Below, one piece after another: positions 1 through 8,314 of a stretch of DNA of 20,563 bases (its first letter is position 1; each line of letters starts with the position of its first letter). The notes under the pieces are model-generated. The model was given only the letters and a program-made list of their open reading frames with translations. It did no database searches and was not told the origin of the DNA. The DNA comes from Crocosphaera sp. (GTDB lineage Bacteria > Cyanobacteriota > Cyanobacteriia > Cyanobacteriales > Microcystaceae): positions 1 through 20,563 of the forward strand of contig JASJEA010000090.1 of the NCBI GenBank assembly GCA_030064935.1. Reading direction: 5' to 3'. The position numbers were made by a program, and so were the translations under genes.

Positions 1-5
1 ATAAA

Positions 6-49
6 TTATCCATTATCCATTATCCATTATCCATTATCCATTATCCATT
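6..49. repeat. Tandem heptamer repeat (TTATCCA) x6 plus a partial unit, STRR-like
   Basis: Direct reading: six perfect TTATCCA units at 6-47 followed by TT. The tract lies just 3' of the ABC exporter stop codon (74-76, minus strand). Confidence 0.95.
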
Positions 50-73
50 CTGATTGACGCTACCTAATTTTAT

Positions 74-1912
74 CTACTCCTCATATCCCATCATTTGTAA
101 CTGATATAAACTATGATACAAACCCTGTTGACTCAGTAATTGTTGATGGGAGCCAGATTCTACTATTTCTCCTTGTTTTAAGACAATAATTTTATCCACA
201 TCTCGAATGGTAGATAAACGATGAGCAATAATCACAGCCGTTCGATCAACTAATAACTTATCTAAGGCTTGTTGAATTAAAGCTTCCGTTCTCACATCTA
301 AACTGGATGTGGCTTCATCTAATACTAAAATATGAGGGTTACGAATGGCAACTCTAGCAAAAGCCAGGAGTTGTTTTTGTCCCCCTGATAAATTGGTTCC
401 TCTTTCTCTGAGTTGGGTATTATACCCTTGGGGAAGGTCTTCAATTAAGCGGTCAACATTGGTTAATTTAGCTGCTTTTTGCACTTCTTCTAAAGGATAA
501 TCTTCCCCCAGGGTAATGTTTCGTTTCACATCTCCAGCAAACAAAAAACTTTCTTGTAAAATCATGCCCACATATCGTCTCAAGTCCTTTTTAGCAATAT
601 CTTTAATGTCCACCCCATCAATTAAAATTCTCCCTTGAGTGGGTTCATAAAGACGGGATAAGAGACGAACAATTGAACTTTTTCCCGCACCGGTTGGACC
701 TACCAAAGCAACTTTTTCCCCTGGTGCAATGCTAAAGTTTAAACCTTTGAGAACAAACTCATCGGGTTTATAGCCAAACCAGACATTATCAAAGCAAATT
801 TCTCCAAGTTTATCCTCATATTTACGACTTTCTAAAAACTGAATATCTTTATGACTTTCTTTAATTTCTATGGGTTCTTTCATTAACTCCGTAATCCTTT
901 CGATGGCGGTGAAACCAGCCTGAAACATGGTAAATTTATCAGCAAATTGACGCAGAGGATTAAATAAACGTTGAGCATATAAAATAAAAGCAGATAGGGT
1001 TCCAAAGGTAATGGCATCATCAATGATTAAACGTCCTCCTAACCACAAAACTCCAGCAATTGCCACTAAACTAATCCATTCTAATGTGGCGGAAACCGCC
1101 GAATCATTAAAAATTGTTTTGTTGGTTGCTTGACGATAATCATGATTTATTTTTCTAAATAATTCACTATTAAACTGTTCTCGCCGAAATAATTGCACCA
1201 CGTTAATTCCGGCGATATTTTCCTGTAAGATAGAATTTAATTCTGATAATTTTTCCCGCCCTTGATAATTTGCTTTTCGATATTCTGCCTGAAAATAGAC
1301 TATTAATGCTGTGATAGGAACCATCATCATTAATAACATTAAAGCCAGTTTTGCTTGCAGGGTAAACATGGTGAAAATGATTACTAGGATATAGATAGCG
1401 TCGCTAATCACCCCAATAGCTCCACTGGCAAATACATCTCCTAATGCTTCAACATCACTGGTTAAACGAGTAATTAAACGACCCACAGGAGTCCGATTAA
1501 AAAAACTACTTCCCAAGGAAGTAACATGGGAAAATAAATCTTCCCTAATATTCGCTGTAATATTTTGTCCTAATTTTTGTATAATAAATCCTTGGGATGA
1601 GCTACAAACTAAGCGAACAATAATCGTTATCAGTAATAAAATCGTTAGATATTGTAATCCCTTTTCTAAGGATACAGTTTGCAGAAATCCCCAGGTGGAT
1701 TCTTGACGCAATAAAGAGACTGCCTGCCCGATAACGAGAGGTTGTATTGCCCCTGCAACGGATAAGGGTATTAATAGAACCACAGACAACCATAAAAGGC
1801 GAGGATGACGACGGATATAAGGAAGTAGTTTAAGGATTAGCCCTCTATCATTGTTTTTTAATTTCTTGACAGGTGCTTTAAACTGTGGGTTAGGAGAAAC
1901 GGTCATAATCAA
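74..1912 (-). CDS. ABC transporter, fused permease/ATP-binding subunit (type I exporter, MsbA/MdlB-like)
   Basis: 612-aa ORF. The N-terminal half is hydrophobic (about six TM segments). The C-terminal NBD has Walker A GPTGAGKSS, ABC signature LSGGQKQ, Walker B ILVLDEATSSLD and H-loop IIAHRLSTI. Confidence 0.93.
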   Translation of the reverse strand: MIMTVSPNPQFKAPVKKLKNNDRGLILKLLPYIRRHPRLLWLSVVLLIPLSVAGAIQPLVIGQAVSLLRQESTWGFLQTVSLEKGLQYLTILLLITIIVRLVCSSSQGFIIQKLGQNITANIREDLFSHVTSLGSSFFNRTPVGRLITRLTSDVEALGDVFASGAIGVISDAIYILVIIFTMFTLQAKLALMLLMMMVPITALIVYFQAEYRKANYQGREKLSELNSILQENIAGINVVQLFRREQFNSELFRKINHDYRQATNKTIFNDSAVSATLEWISLVAIAGVLWLGGRLIIDDAITFGTLSAFILYAQRLFNPLRQFADKFTMFQAGFTAIERITELMKEPIEIKESHKDIQFLESRKYEDKLGEICFDNVWFGYKPDEFVLKGLNFSIAPGEKVALVGPTGAGKSSIVRLLSRLYEPTQGRILIDGVDIKDIAKKDLRRYVGMILQESFLFAGDVKRNITLGEDYPLEEVQKAAKLTNVDRLIEDLPQGYNTQLRERGTNLSGGQKQLLAFARVAIRNPHILVLDEATSSLDVRTEALIQQALDKLLVDRTAVIIAHRLSTIRDVDKIIVLKQGEIVESGSHQQLLSQQGLYHSLYQLQMMGYEE

Positions 1913-1970
1913 GGAATAAAAATCTTAAATAAAATTTTTTGTGACTCAAAACTAAAGATAACATAAATTA

Positions 1971-2005
1971 CTTTAATCATCAGCCCAGGATGATTATGAT
2001 TAAAG
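1971..2005. repeat. Inverted repeat / hairpin (10-bp arms CTTTAATCAT / ATGATTAAAG, 15-nt loop) in the divergent promoter region
   Basis: Arms at 1971-1980 and 1996-2005 are exact reverse complements. Function unknown; an operator or a transcript 5' hairpin are possibilities. Confidence 0.5.
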
Positions 2006-2039
2006 ATATTCTGCAATTAATTTAAGGGTTGATATTCAT

Positions 2040-2074
2040 GAAGTCAGAAGTCAGAAGTGTGAAGTCAGAAGTAA
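2040..2074. repeat. Tandem heptamer repeat (GAAGTCA) x5, two units degenerate, STRR-like
   Basis: Reads gaagtca gaagtca gaagtgt gaagtca gaagtaa. The 13-mer GAAGTCAGAAGTG (2047-2059) has a perfect inverted partner at 2236-2248. Confidence 0.9.
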
Positions 2075-2235
2075 AAATTTAGTGAGGTATTGTAACCGAG
2101 CACTAAATTTTTGACCGCTAAAATAAATTTATAGCGGGGATCTTAAACCCAATTCTCACATAGAAAGTAGGCAGTCTTAACCATCACATTATTTACAAAA
2201 AAACTTCTGTGCGATGGTGCTCAAAAGTAGTGAGG

Positions 2236-2248
2236 CACTTCTGACTTC
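2236..2248. repeat. Inverted copy (CACTTCTGACTTC) of the GAAGTCA-repeat 13-mer
   Basis: Exact reverse complement of 2047-2059. The overlapping 13-mer ACTTCTGACTTCG (2237-2249) recurs at 13952-13964 in another intergenic region. Confidence 0.85.
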
Positions 2249-2261
2249 GAGCGGAGCGATA

Positions 2262-2289
2262 ATTCTAAATTCTAAATTTTAAATTCTTA
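2262..2289. repeat. Tandem heptamer repeat (ATTCTAA-like) x4 abutting the start codon of the next gene
   Basis: Reads attctaa attctaa attttaa attctta. The tract ends at the base before TTG 2290 (ATG at 2296). Confidence 0.85.
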
Positions 2290-2295
2290 TTGACT

Positions 2296-5196
2296 ATGAC
2301 ATCTATTTTAGGTTCTTTAATTATTTTTTGTTTATGTCCTTTATTGGGGGGAGTTCCTTTAATTGAATGGCTAACTTATGGGTTAAAGGGTAAAAAATTA
2401 TCAACCCTAGGAACCGGTAATGTTTCCGTATCGGCTGCTTTTTATCATGGGGGAACTTTCGTTGGTATTTTAGCAGTATTATCAGAAGCAGGAAAAGGTA
2501 TTATTGCTGTTTTATTAGCCCGTTATTTTTTTCCAACTCAACCTTTATGGGAATTAATGGCTTTAATCGCCTTAATTATAGGTAGATATTGGATGGGAAA
2601 AGGGGCAGGAACTACTAATTTATTTTGGGGAATGATAGTTCATGATTGGGCTGCTACTTTTTTAACGGCATTAATTAGTTTGAGTAGTTTTACTATTTTT
2701 CGAGATCGGGTTACAGGGCGTTTGTTTGCCCTTATTTTGTTAGCATTTATTTTAACGGTAAGACATCCTTATGATTCAGGATATATTGGTCTTGCTTGGT
2801 TCTTATCAGGGTTAATGGCTTGGATTTTTTATAAGATTCCTGATGATTTATCTTTACCAGAAACTGGAGTCAAATCTTCTTCTAAAACAATGTTTAATTT
2901 CTTTCGCGGTGAAAAATCTCTTCTCTCTTTAAATGATAAATTAGATGCTCAAAAAGTGGGCAAAAAAGCAGCTAATTTGGCTTATCTAAAAAGCTTAGGT
3001 TATGATGTTCCTAATGGATGGATTTTCTTGCCAGGGGATGATCCTGATCTCTTATTAAACTATCTTGAGCCCAGTTTAGAAAATCCTTTTGTGGTGCGTT
3101 CTTCTGCTATGGGAGAAGATACAGAAACTGCTTCAGCAGCCGGACAATATTTAACCTGTTTAAATATTACTAATCAAGGATCTTTAAAAACAGCAATTTT
3201 GGATTGTTTAGTGGCGTATAATCATCCCCATGCGGTTAGATATCGTCGAGATAAAGGGCAAGATGATGAGGGAATTACTTTATTAATTCAAAAACAAGTA
3301 TTTGCTACTTTTTCTGGGGTTGCATTTAGCAGAGATCCAGTTAATCCTCTCAATAATTGTGTCATTATTGAGGCACTACCTGGGGCAGCAAATAAAATTG
3401 TTTCCGGAAAAATTACCCCTGAACAATATAAAGTTCAAGTTTATGAGCAACTCGAAAATGATGCTATTAAAATTGAGGATTTAGACAAAAATAAATTGCA
3501 AGAAGTTCCCGCATTTATCATCGAAAAAGTTGCCATATTAGCCAGGGATTTAGAAACCTTATATCATGGGATTCCCCAGGATATAGAATGGAGTTATGAT
3601 GGGGAAAATTTATGGCTATTACAAACAAGAACTATTACTAATTTAAAGCCTATTTGGACACGAAAAATTGCTTCAGAAGTTATTCCTGGAGTGATACGTC
3701 CCCTAACTTGGTCAATTAATCAACCGTTAACTTGTGGGGTATGGGGGGATATTTTTACCCTAGTTTTAAAGGAGAAAACAGAAGACTTAGATTTTAATCA
3801 AACGGCTACCTTACATTACCAACAAGCTTATTTTAATGCAACTTTATTGGGAAAAATTTTTAGACGCATGGGGCTTCCTCCAGAAAGTTTAGACTTTTTA
3901 ACCAGAGGAGCAAAAATGACCAAACCCTCCTTATTATCCACCTTGAGTAATTTACCTGGTTTATTAAGGTTATTCAAGAAAGAATGGAGTTTAGAAAAAG
4001 ATTTTTATCAAGATTATAAAAGCACATTTAAGCCACAATTAGAACAATTAAAACAGCAAGAGATTAAAGACTTATCCCCTGAACAATTATTGCAACAAAT
4101 TGAAACAATATTGTTGTTACTAAAATCAGCAACTTATTATAGTATTTTAGCCCCTTTAAGTTTAGCATTAAGACAAGCTATTTTAAAAGTATCCCCTGAA
4201 AGACTTAACAACAATGGGACTCCAGAAATTGCTGCTTTAAAATCTTTAGAAACATTGGTTAATCAAACGAATTCACTCATTAATAGAGAAGAAATCAATA
4301 ACTATCAGCACTTGTTTTCTATTTTAGAAATAACTCCATCAGGTCAAGAAATTATTATAAAATTGAATCAAGTTATAGAGAATTATGGTTATTTAAGTGA
4401 TGTAGCTACAGATATTTCTGTTCCCCGTTGGGGCGATGATCCGGAACTGGTAAAAAAACTCTTTACTCAACTAATAATTAATAGTAATGATATTAATCAT
4501 AGTCCTAAAAATTATCAAAACAATTGGCAAACCAAGGAAGTTCAAAAACGACTTGATTTGAAAGGAAAAATAACTGAGGTTTACTCCCAATTTTTAGCAC
4601 AATTAAGATGGTCTTTTCTCAGGTTGGCTGACTACTTAATAGAGCAAAATATAATCAATAATTCTCAAGAGATTTTCGACTTAACTTATGATGAAATACA
4701 AGAAGAAATTAAAGCAATAGATAATAATAATAAATATAAAATAAAAGATCTAATATCTCAAAGAAAACAAACCTTTAAAATCAATAAATCTCTAAAAAAT
4801 ATCCCTTATGTAGTATATGGAAATATCCCCACAATTATAGAACCAAACTCACCTATGTTAATCAAATCAAGTCATCAATTACAAGGAATTGGGGCCAGTT
4901 TCGGAACAGTAGAAGGATACGTCAAAATTTGTCATAATTTTCAACAAATAACAGACCTTAAAAAAGACAGTATTTTAGTTGTTCCCTATGTTGACTCAGG
5001 TTGGGGGCCGCTATTAGCAAGAGCAAATGGTATCATAGCAGAAGTAGGTGGTGCCTTATCTCATGGTGCTATTATTGCCCGCGAATATGGTATTCCTGCA
5101 GTCATGAATATTGACCATGCTACTGAATTATTAAAAGAAGGCCAACGGGTAAAAATTGATGGGCAGCAAGGCACGATTGAGATATTAGAGAATTAA
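2296..5196 (+). CDS. Fusion protein: N-terminal PlsY-like (glycerol-3-phosphate acyltransferase family) membrane domain, PPDK_N-type ATP-grasp domain, long helical middle region, and C-terminal PEP-utilizer swivel phosphohistidine domain. No PEP/pyruvate TIM-barrel domain (rifampin-phosphotransferase-like architecture).
   Basis: The ORF track starts at TTG 2290; ATG 2296 is the more likely start. The first ~190 aa are polytopic with LGTGNVSVSAAF, compared with the PlsY motif GSGNxGATN. ATP-grasp motifs present: VGKKAANLAYL, VVRSSAMGEDTETASAAGQY, SGVAFSRDP, QDIEWSYDGENLWLLQTR. The C-terminus has ILVVPYVDSGWGPLL...GGALSHGAIIAREYGIPAV (candidate phospho-His codon at 5062-5064), and the protein ends ~40 aa later. 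Confidence 0.85.
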   Translation: MTSILGSLIIFCLCPLLGGVPLIEWLTYGLKGKKLSTLGTGNVSVSAAFYHGGTFVGILAVLSEAGKGIIAVLLARYFFPTQPLWELMALIALIIGRYWMGKGAGTTNLFWGMIVHDWAATFLTALISLSSFTIFRDRVTGRLFALILLAFILTVRHPYDSGYIGLAWFLSGLMAWIFYKIPDDLSLPETGVKSSSKTMFNFFRGEKSLLSLNDKLDAQKVGKKAANLAYLKSLGYDVPNGWIFLPGDDPDLLLNYLEPSLENPFVVRSSAMGEDTETASAAGQYLTCLNITNQGSLKTAILDCLVAYNHPHAVRYRRDKGQDDEGITLLIQKQVFATFSGVAFSRDPVNPLNNCVIIEALPGAANKIVSGKITPEQYKVQVYEQLENDAIKIEDLDKNKLQEVPAFIIEKVAILARDLETLYHGIPQDIEWSYDGENLWLLQTRTITNLKPIWTRKIASEVIPGVIRPLTWSINQPLTCGVWGDIFTLVLKEKTEDLDFNQTATLHYQQAYFNATLLGKIFRRMGLPPESLDFLTRGAKMTKPSLLSTLSNLPGLLRLFKKEWSLEKDFYQDYKSTFKPQLEQLKQQEIKDLSPEQLLQQIETILLLLKSATYYSILAPLSLALRQAILKVSPERLNNNGTPEIAALKSLETLVNQTNSLINREEINNYQHLFSILEITPSGQEIIIKLNQVIENYGYLSDVATDISVPRWGDDPELVKKLFTQLIINSNDINHSPKNYQNNWQTKEVQKRLDLKGKITEVYSQFLAQLRWSFLRLADYLIEQNIINNSQEIFDLTYDEIQEEIKAIDNNNKYKIKDLISQRKQTFKINKSLKNIPYVVYGNIPTIIEPNSPMLIKSSHQLQGIGASFGTVEGYVKICHNFQQITDLKKDSILVVPYVDSGWGPLLARANGIIAEVGGALSHGAIIAREYGIPAVMNIDHATELLKEGQRVKIDGQQGTIEILEN

Positions 5197-5207
5197 TTCT
5201 GAAAATT

Positions 5208-6737
5208 ATGATTAAATCGCTCAAAAAAAACTTTAAAATCAAAACTTTTATCAAAAAACTTAATCAATTTGACTGGATAGTTATCGGTTGTATCTTAATA
5301 CTAATTTTCTCTATAGCAACCCTATTAGTGAAAGGAGAACAAGTTCCCTTACAGGTTAGCTATTTTAGTTGGCAGGGTAGAAAAGTTGGCGTAAAAGATA
5401 AAAGCTTTACCCTCAGTTTTAATCGCTCCGTTGATACCAATAGTGTTGAAAAAAATCTTATTATTGAGCCGCCCCTACCAGGAAGAATTGTTTGGCAAGG
5501 AAGAACATTAATTTATACCCTAAACGATCTCCCAATTTATGGGACTAACTATCAGATAAAGTTAGAATTAGAAAATGTTCAGCCTAAGAATGAAAGTCAA
5601 AATCGAGAATCATCCCTCAATTCATTTAGTAGTTTATTTAGTACCCGTGACCGAGTTTTTGCCTATATTGGGATCGAAGGAGAAGAAAAAGGACGGTTAA
5701 TATTATACAATCTTACCAATCTCAATCAAAATCTTAATCAACCTAAAAAAACAATTTTAACCCCTCAGGATTTAGTAGTAACAGATTTTAGAATTTACCC
5801 TGATAGTGAGAAGATTTTATTTAGTGCATTTGAGCCAACTTTTCGTAATCAAGGATTAGCGAAACAAGAACTATATACCGTAACAACAGGGTTTAATCTA
5901 TCTCCGTTGAAAAACAATCCTCCCAGAGCAGGAAAATTAAAACCAATTCTCGATGCCAAAGAATATCAAAATGTTAGTTTTGAACTCTCAAAAAACGGCC
6001 AAAATATCATTGTTGAACGAGTTAATCATGAAAACAAAAATGATGCCAGTTTGTGGATGATCAAAGAAAACGAGCCGCCTACACCTTTAGGAATTCCTGG
6101 TTCAGAATTTGCCATTTCTCCTGATGGAAAACGTCTAGCTGTTACTCAAGAAGGGGGGATAAGGATGGTTCCCTTGGGAGCCAATGGGGGAACATCTCGT
6201 ATTTTTCAGAATTATCAAAAAAGCCTCGGATTTTCTGCCAATGGAGAAAAACTCTTACTCCTTAAAGATAATATAGATTACACTCGTTCTCTAATGATGG
6301 TTAACATCGAAGGGGAAACCAAAGAACTCTTTCGGACTCCTTATCCCGTTTTGGATTGTCAATTTGAACCGAGAGATGAACAGGATATTTACTGTTTAAA
6401 AATAGATGTCATTCAAGAAGAAAGAGGACAATATCGCGAAGAACCCTTTTTATCGGTCATCAATACCGAAAAAGGCACAGATTTACCCTTATTAGCCTTA
6501 CCTAATTATCGAGATGTGGTTTTGAGTATGTCACCAGATGGGGTAGGATTATTGTTCGATCAAGTTGTGACTAAAGTAGCCCAGTCAGGCTCAGATTTAC
6601 TGACAACCCAAAAGCAAGCCATTGCTGATGGGCGAGTCTGGTTACTGCCCCTACCCGATTTAAAAGAAACGAACCCATCTTTAAAGATTCAACCACAAGA
6701 ATTGATTTTTGGATTTAAACCTCAATGGTTACCATAA
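5208..6737 (+). CDS. Membrane-anchored periplasmic protein with a bacterial Ig-like (Big_5/SbsA-like) domain and a TolB/PD40-like beta-propeller region
   Basis: 509-aa ORF starting 12 nt after the upstream stop. Lys-rich N-terminus followed by one TM segment (WIVIGCILILIFSIATLLV). The segment FTLSFNRSVDTNSVEKNLIIEPPLPGRIVWQGRTLIYTL...YQIKL resembles Big_5 domains. PD40-like motifs: FAISPDGKRLAV and LSMSPDGVGLLF. The domain calls are by eye only. Confidence 0.6.
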   Translation: MIKSLKKNFKIKTFIKKLNQFDWIVIGCILILIFSIATLLVKGEQVPLQVSYFSWQGRKVGVKDKSFTLSFNRSVDTNSVEKNLIIEPPLPGRIVWQGRTLIYTLNDLPIYGTNYQIKLELENVQPKNESQNRESSLNSFSSLFSTRDRVFAYIGIEGEEKGRLILYNLTNLNQNLNQPKKTILTPQDLVVTDFRIYPDSEKILFSAFEPTFRNQGLAKQELYTVTTGFNLSPLKNNPPRAGKLKPILDAKEYQNVSFELSKNGQNIIVERVNHENKNDASLWMIKENEPPTPLGIPGSEFAISPDGKRLAVTQEGGIRMVPLGANGGTSRIFQNYQKSLGFSANGEKLLLLKDNIDYTRSLMMVNIEGETKELFRTPYPVLDCQFEPRDEQDIYCLKIDVIQEERGQYREEPFLSVINTEKGTDLPLLALPNYRDVVLSMSPDGVGLLFDQVVTKVAQSGSDLLTTQKQAIADGRVWLLPLPDLKETNPSLKIQPQELIFGFKPQWLP

Positions 6738-6831
6738 TCGAAAAGGTGACCTGAAAATAGCAGGAGTGATCTCTTTGTGTTTAAGATAGAAACAATAAAT
6801 TTTAATTCTACGACTAAATTTAAAAAATCTT

Positions 6832-8283
6832 ATGCAGATTCCCATGTCTAGTAAATTAAATCATCCCCTTCCTTGGATTTTAGCCATGATGACAGGGGGA
6901 TTGCTCCTAGTTGGGGGATTAACCTATCGAATGGCAACAACCCCCCTTACCCAAAGCGAAATAGACAAAATTACAGTCGTAGCCAAACGAGAAACCCTAG
7001 CGGTTGACATTGAAGCCAGCGCAGTAGTAGAACCCATTGAAAGTGTTAATATTAGCCCCAAAAATCCAGGGCGACTGGTAGAATTGCGGGTAGAACAAGG
7101 AATGACGGTCAAACAAGGACAAATTTTGGCCTTGATGGAACATACAGAAATCAAAGTAGAAGGAAAATTTGCTGAAGCTAACTATAATCAGGCGATCGCC
7201 GAACTAGAAGCGGCTAAAGTTCGTATTCCCAGTGCAATTCAACAGGCGCAAACTCGCTACATACAGTCACAGGCACAACTAGAAGCGGCTAAAGCAAACC
7301 TCGAACAAGCCAATCAAAGAATTCCCAAAGATATCACTCAAATTGAAGCTCAAATTATGTCGGCCCAATCCCGTCTTCAATTGGCTCAATCCCGTGTCCA
7401 AGATAACGCAAAACTTTTGGATGAAGGTGCCATTACCAGAGATAGATATCGAGAATTGATTAATGCCTATGACAATGCCTTAGCCGATTTTATTGAATTA
7501 CAAACTAGATTAGAACAAGCAAAGAACACACAAAACCCAGAAATTAGCCAATTTCAACAAGAAGCCCTACAAGCCCAAGCAGCCATGGCCGAGGCACAAA
7601 TTCAACTTGAAGAACGCAAAAGAACCGCTCAAACAGAAATAGCAGCCCTAGAATCTGCCGTTGAAGCGGCTCAAGCGAACCTAGAACAGGTGGTAATTCA
7701 ATTCCAAGATACAGCCATCCGTGCCCCCTTTGATGGCATTGTTACCCAGAAATATGCCACTCCTGGGTCTTTTGTTACTCCGACAACCTCTGCTTCGAGT
7801 ACCGCTTCGGCTACCTCCAGTTCCATCATAGCCCTTGCTAGAGGTTTGAAAGTGGTGGCTCAAGTTCCAGAGGTTGATATTGCTATGATTCAGAAAGGTC
7901 AACCCGTTGCCATTCGTGCTGATGCTTATCCCAATCAAGTTTTTAAAGGACAAGTGGTGTTAATCGCTCCAGAGGCAGTTGTGGAACAGAATGTGACTTC
8001 TTTTGAAGTGACTATCGCCCTAGTTACCGGTCAAGATAAGTTATTATCACGGATGAATACGGATGTTACCTTTTTAGGTCAACAACTCAGTGATGCTTTG
8101 GTGGTTCCCACAGTGGCCATTGTCACCCAAGACGGTGAAACCGGGGTAATGGTGGCCGATGAAAAGGAGCAGCCTCAATTTCAAGCGGTTACCATTGGTC
8201 AAGTTTTAGAGGATAAAACCCAAATTATTTCTGGTCTAATGGCAGGAGAAAGGGTATTTATAGATTTACCACAAGAAAAATAA
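6832..8283 (+). CDS. Membrane fusion protein / periplasmic adaptor (HlyD family, DevB- or MacA-like)
   Basis: 483 aa with an N-terminal TM anchor. Lipoyl-like half motifs (GRLVELRVEQGMTVKQGQILALME ... IRAPFDGIVTQ) flank a long Ala/Gln/Glu-rich coiled coil. Ser/Thr tract TTSASSTASATSSSI. C-terminal beta-barrel/MPD-like region (VTSFEV..., VVPTVAIV). Confidence 0.88.
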   Translation: MQIPMSSKLNHPLPWILAMMTGGLLLVGGLTYRMATTPLTQSEIDKITVVAKRETLAVDIEASAVVEPIESVNISPKNPGRLVELRVEQGMTVKQGQILALMEHTEIKVEGKFAEANYNQAIAELEAAKVRIPSAIQQAQTRYIQSQAQLEAAKANLEQANQRIPKDITQIEAQIMSAQSRLQLAQSRVQDNAKLLDEGAITRDRYRELINAYDNALADFIELQTRLEQAKNTQNPEISQFQQEALQAQAAMAEAQIQLEERKRTAQTEIAALESAVEAAQANLEQVVIQFQDTAIRAPFDGIVTQKYATPGSFVTPTTSASSTASATSSSIIALARGLKVVAQVPEVDIAMIQKGQPVAIRADAYPNQVFKGQVVLIAPEAVVEQNVTSFEVTIALVTGQDKLLSRMNTDVTFLGQQLSDALVVPTVAIVTQDGETGVMVADEKEQPQFQAVTIGQVLEDKTQIISGLMAGERVFIDLPQEK

Positions 8284-8314
8284 CCACGATCTTAAGAAGA
8301 CAAAAATTAAATTC

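Noticed and set aside
6-49. Possibility that the heptamer arrays (6-49, 2040-2074, 2262-2289) are CRISPR arrays
   Set aside because: The units are 7 bp and contiguous with no spacers. This is STRR-type microsatellite structure, not CRISPR.
1602-1793. Short nested or antisense ORFs in the track (1602..1793, 3302..3484, 6924..7154, 7681..7953, 9511..9723, 14169..14360, 17369..17560)
   Set aside because: Each lies inside a longer, motif-supported CDS on the same or opposite strand. They are chance ORFs.
2290-5196. Calling this gene phosphoenolpyruvate synthase or pyruvate phosphate dikinase
   Set aside because: The protein ends ~40 aa after the swivel His domain. The PEP/pyruvate-binding TIM-barrel domain required for those activities is absent, and an extra PlsY-like membrane domain is present.
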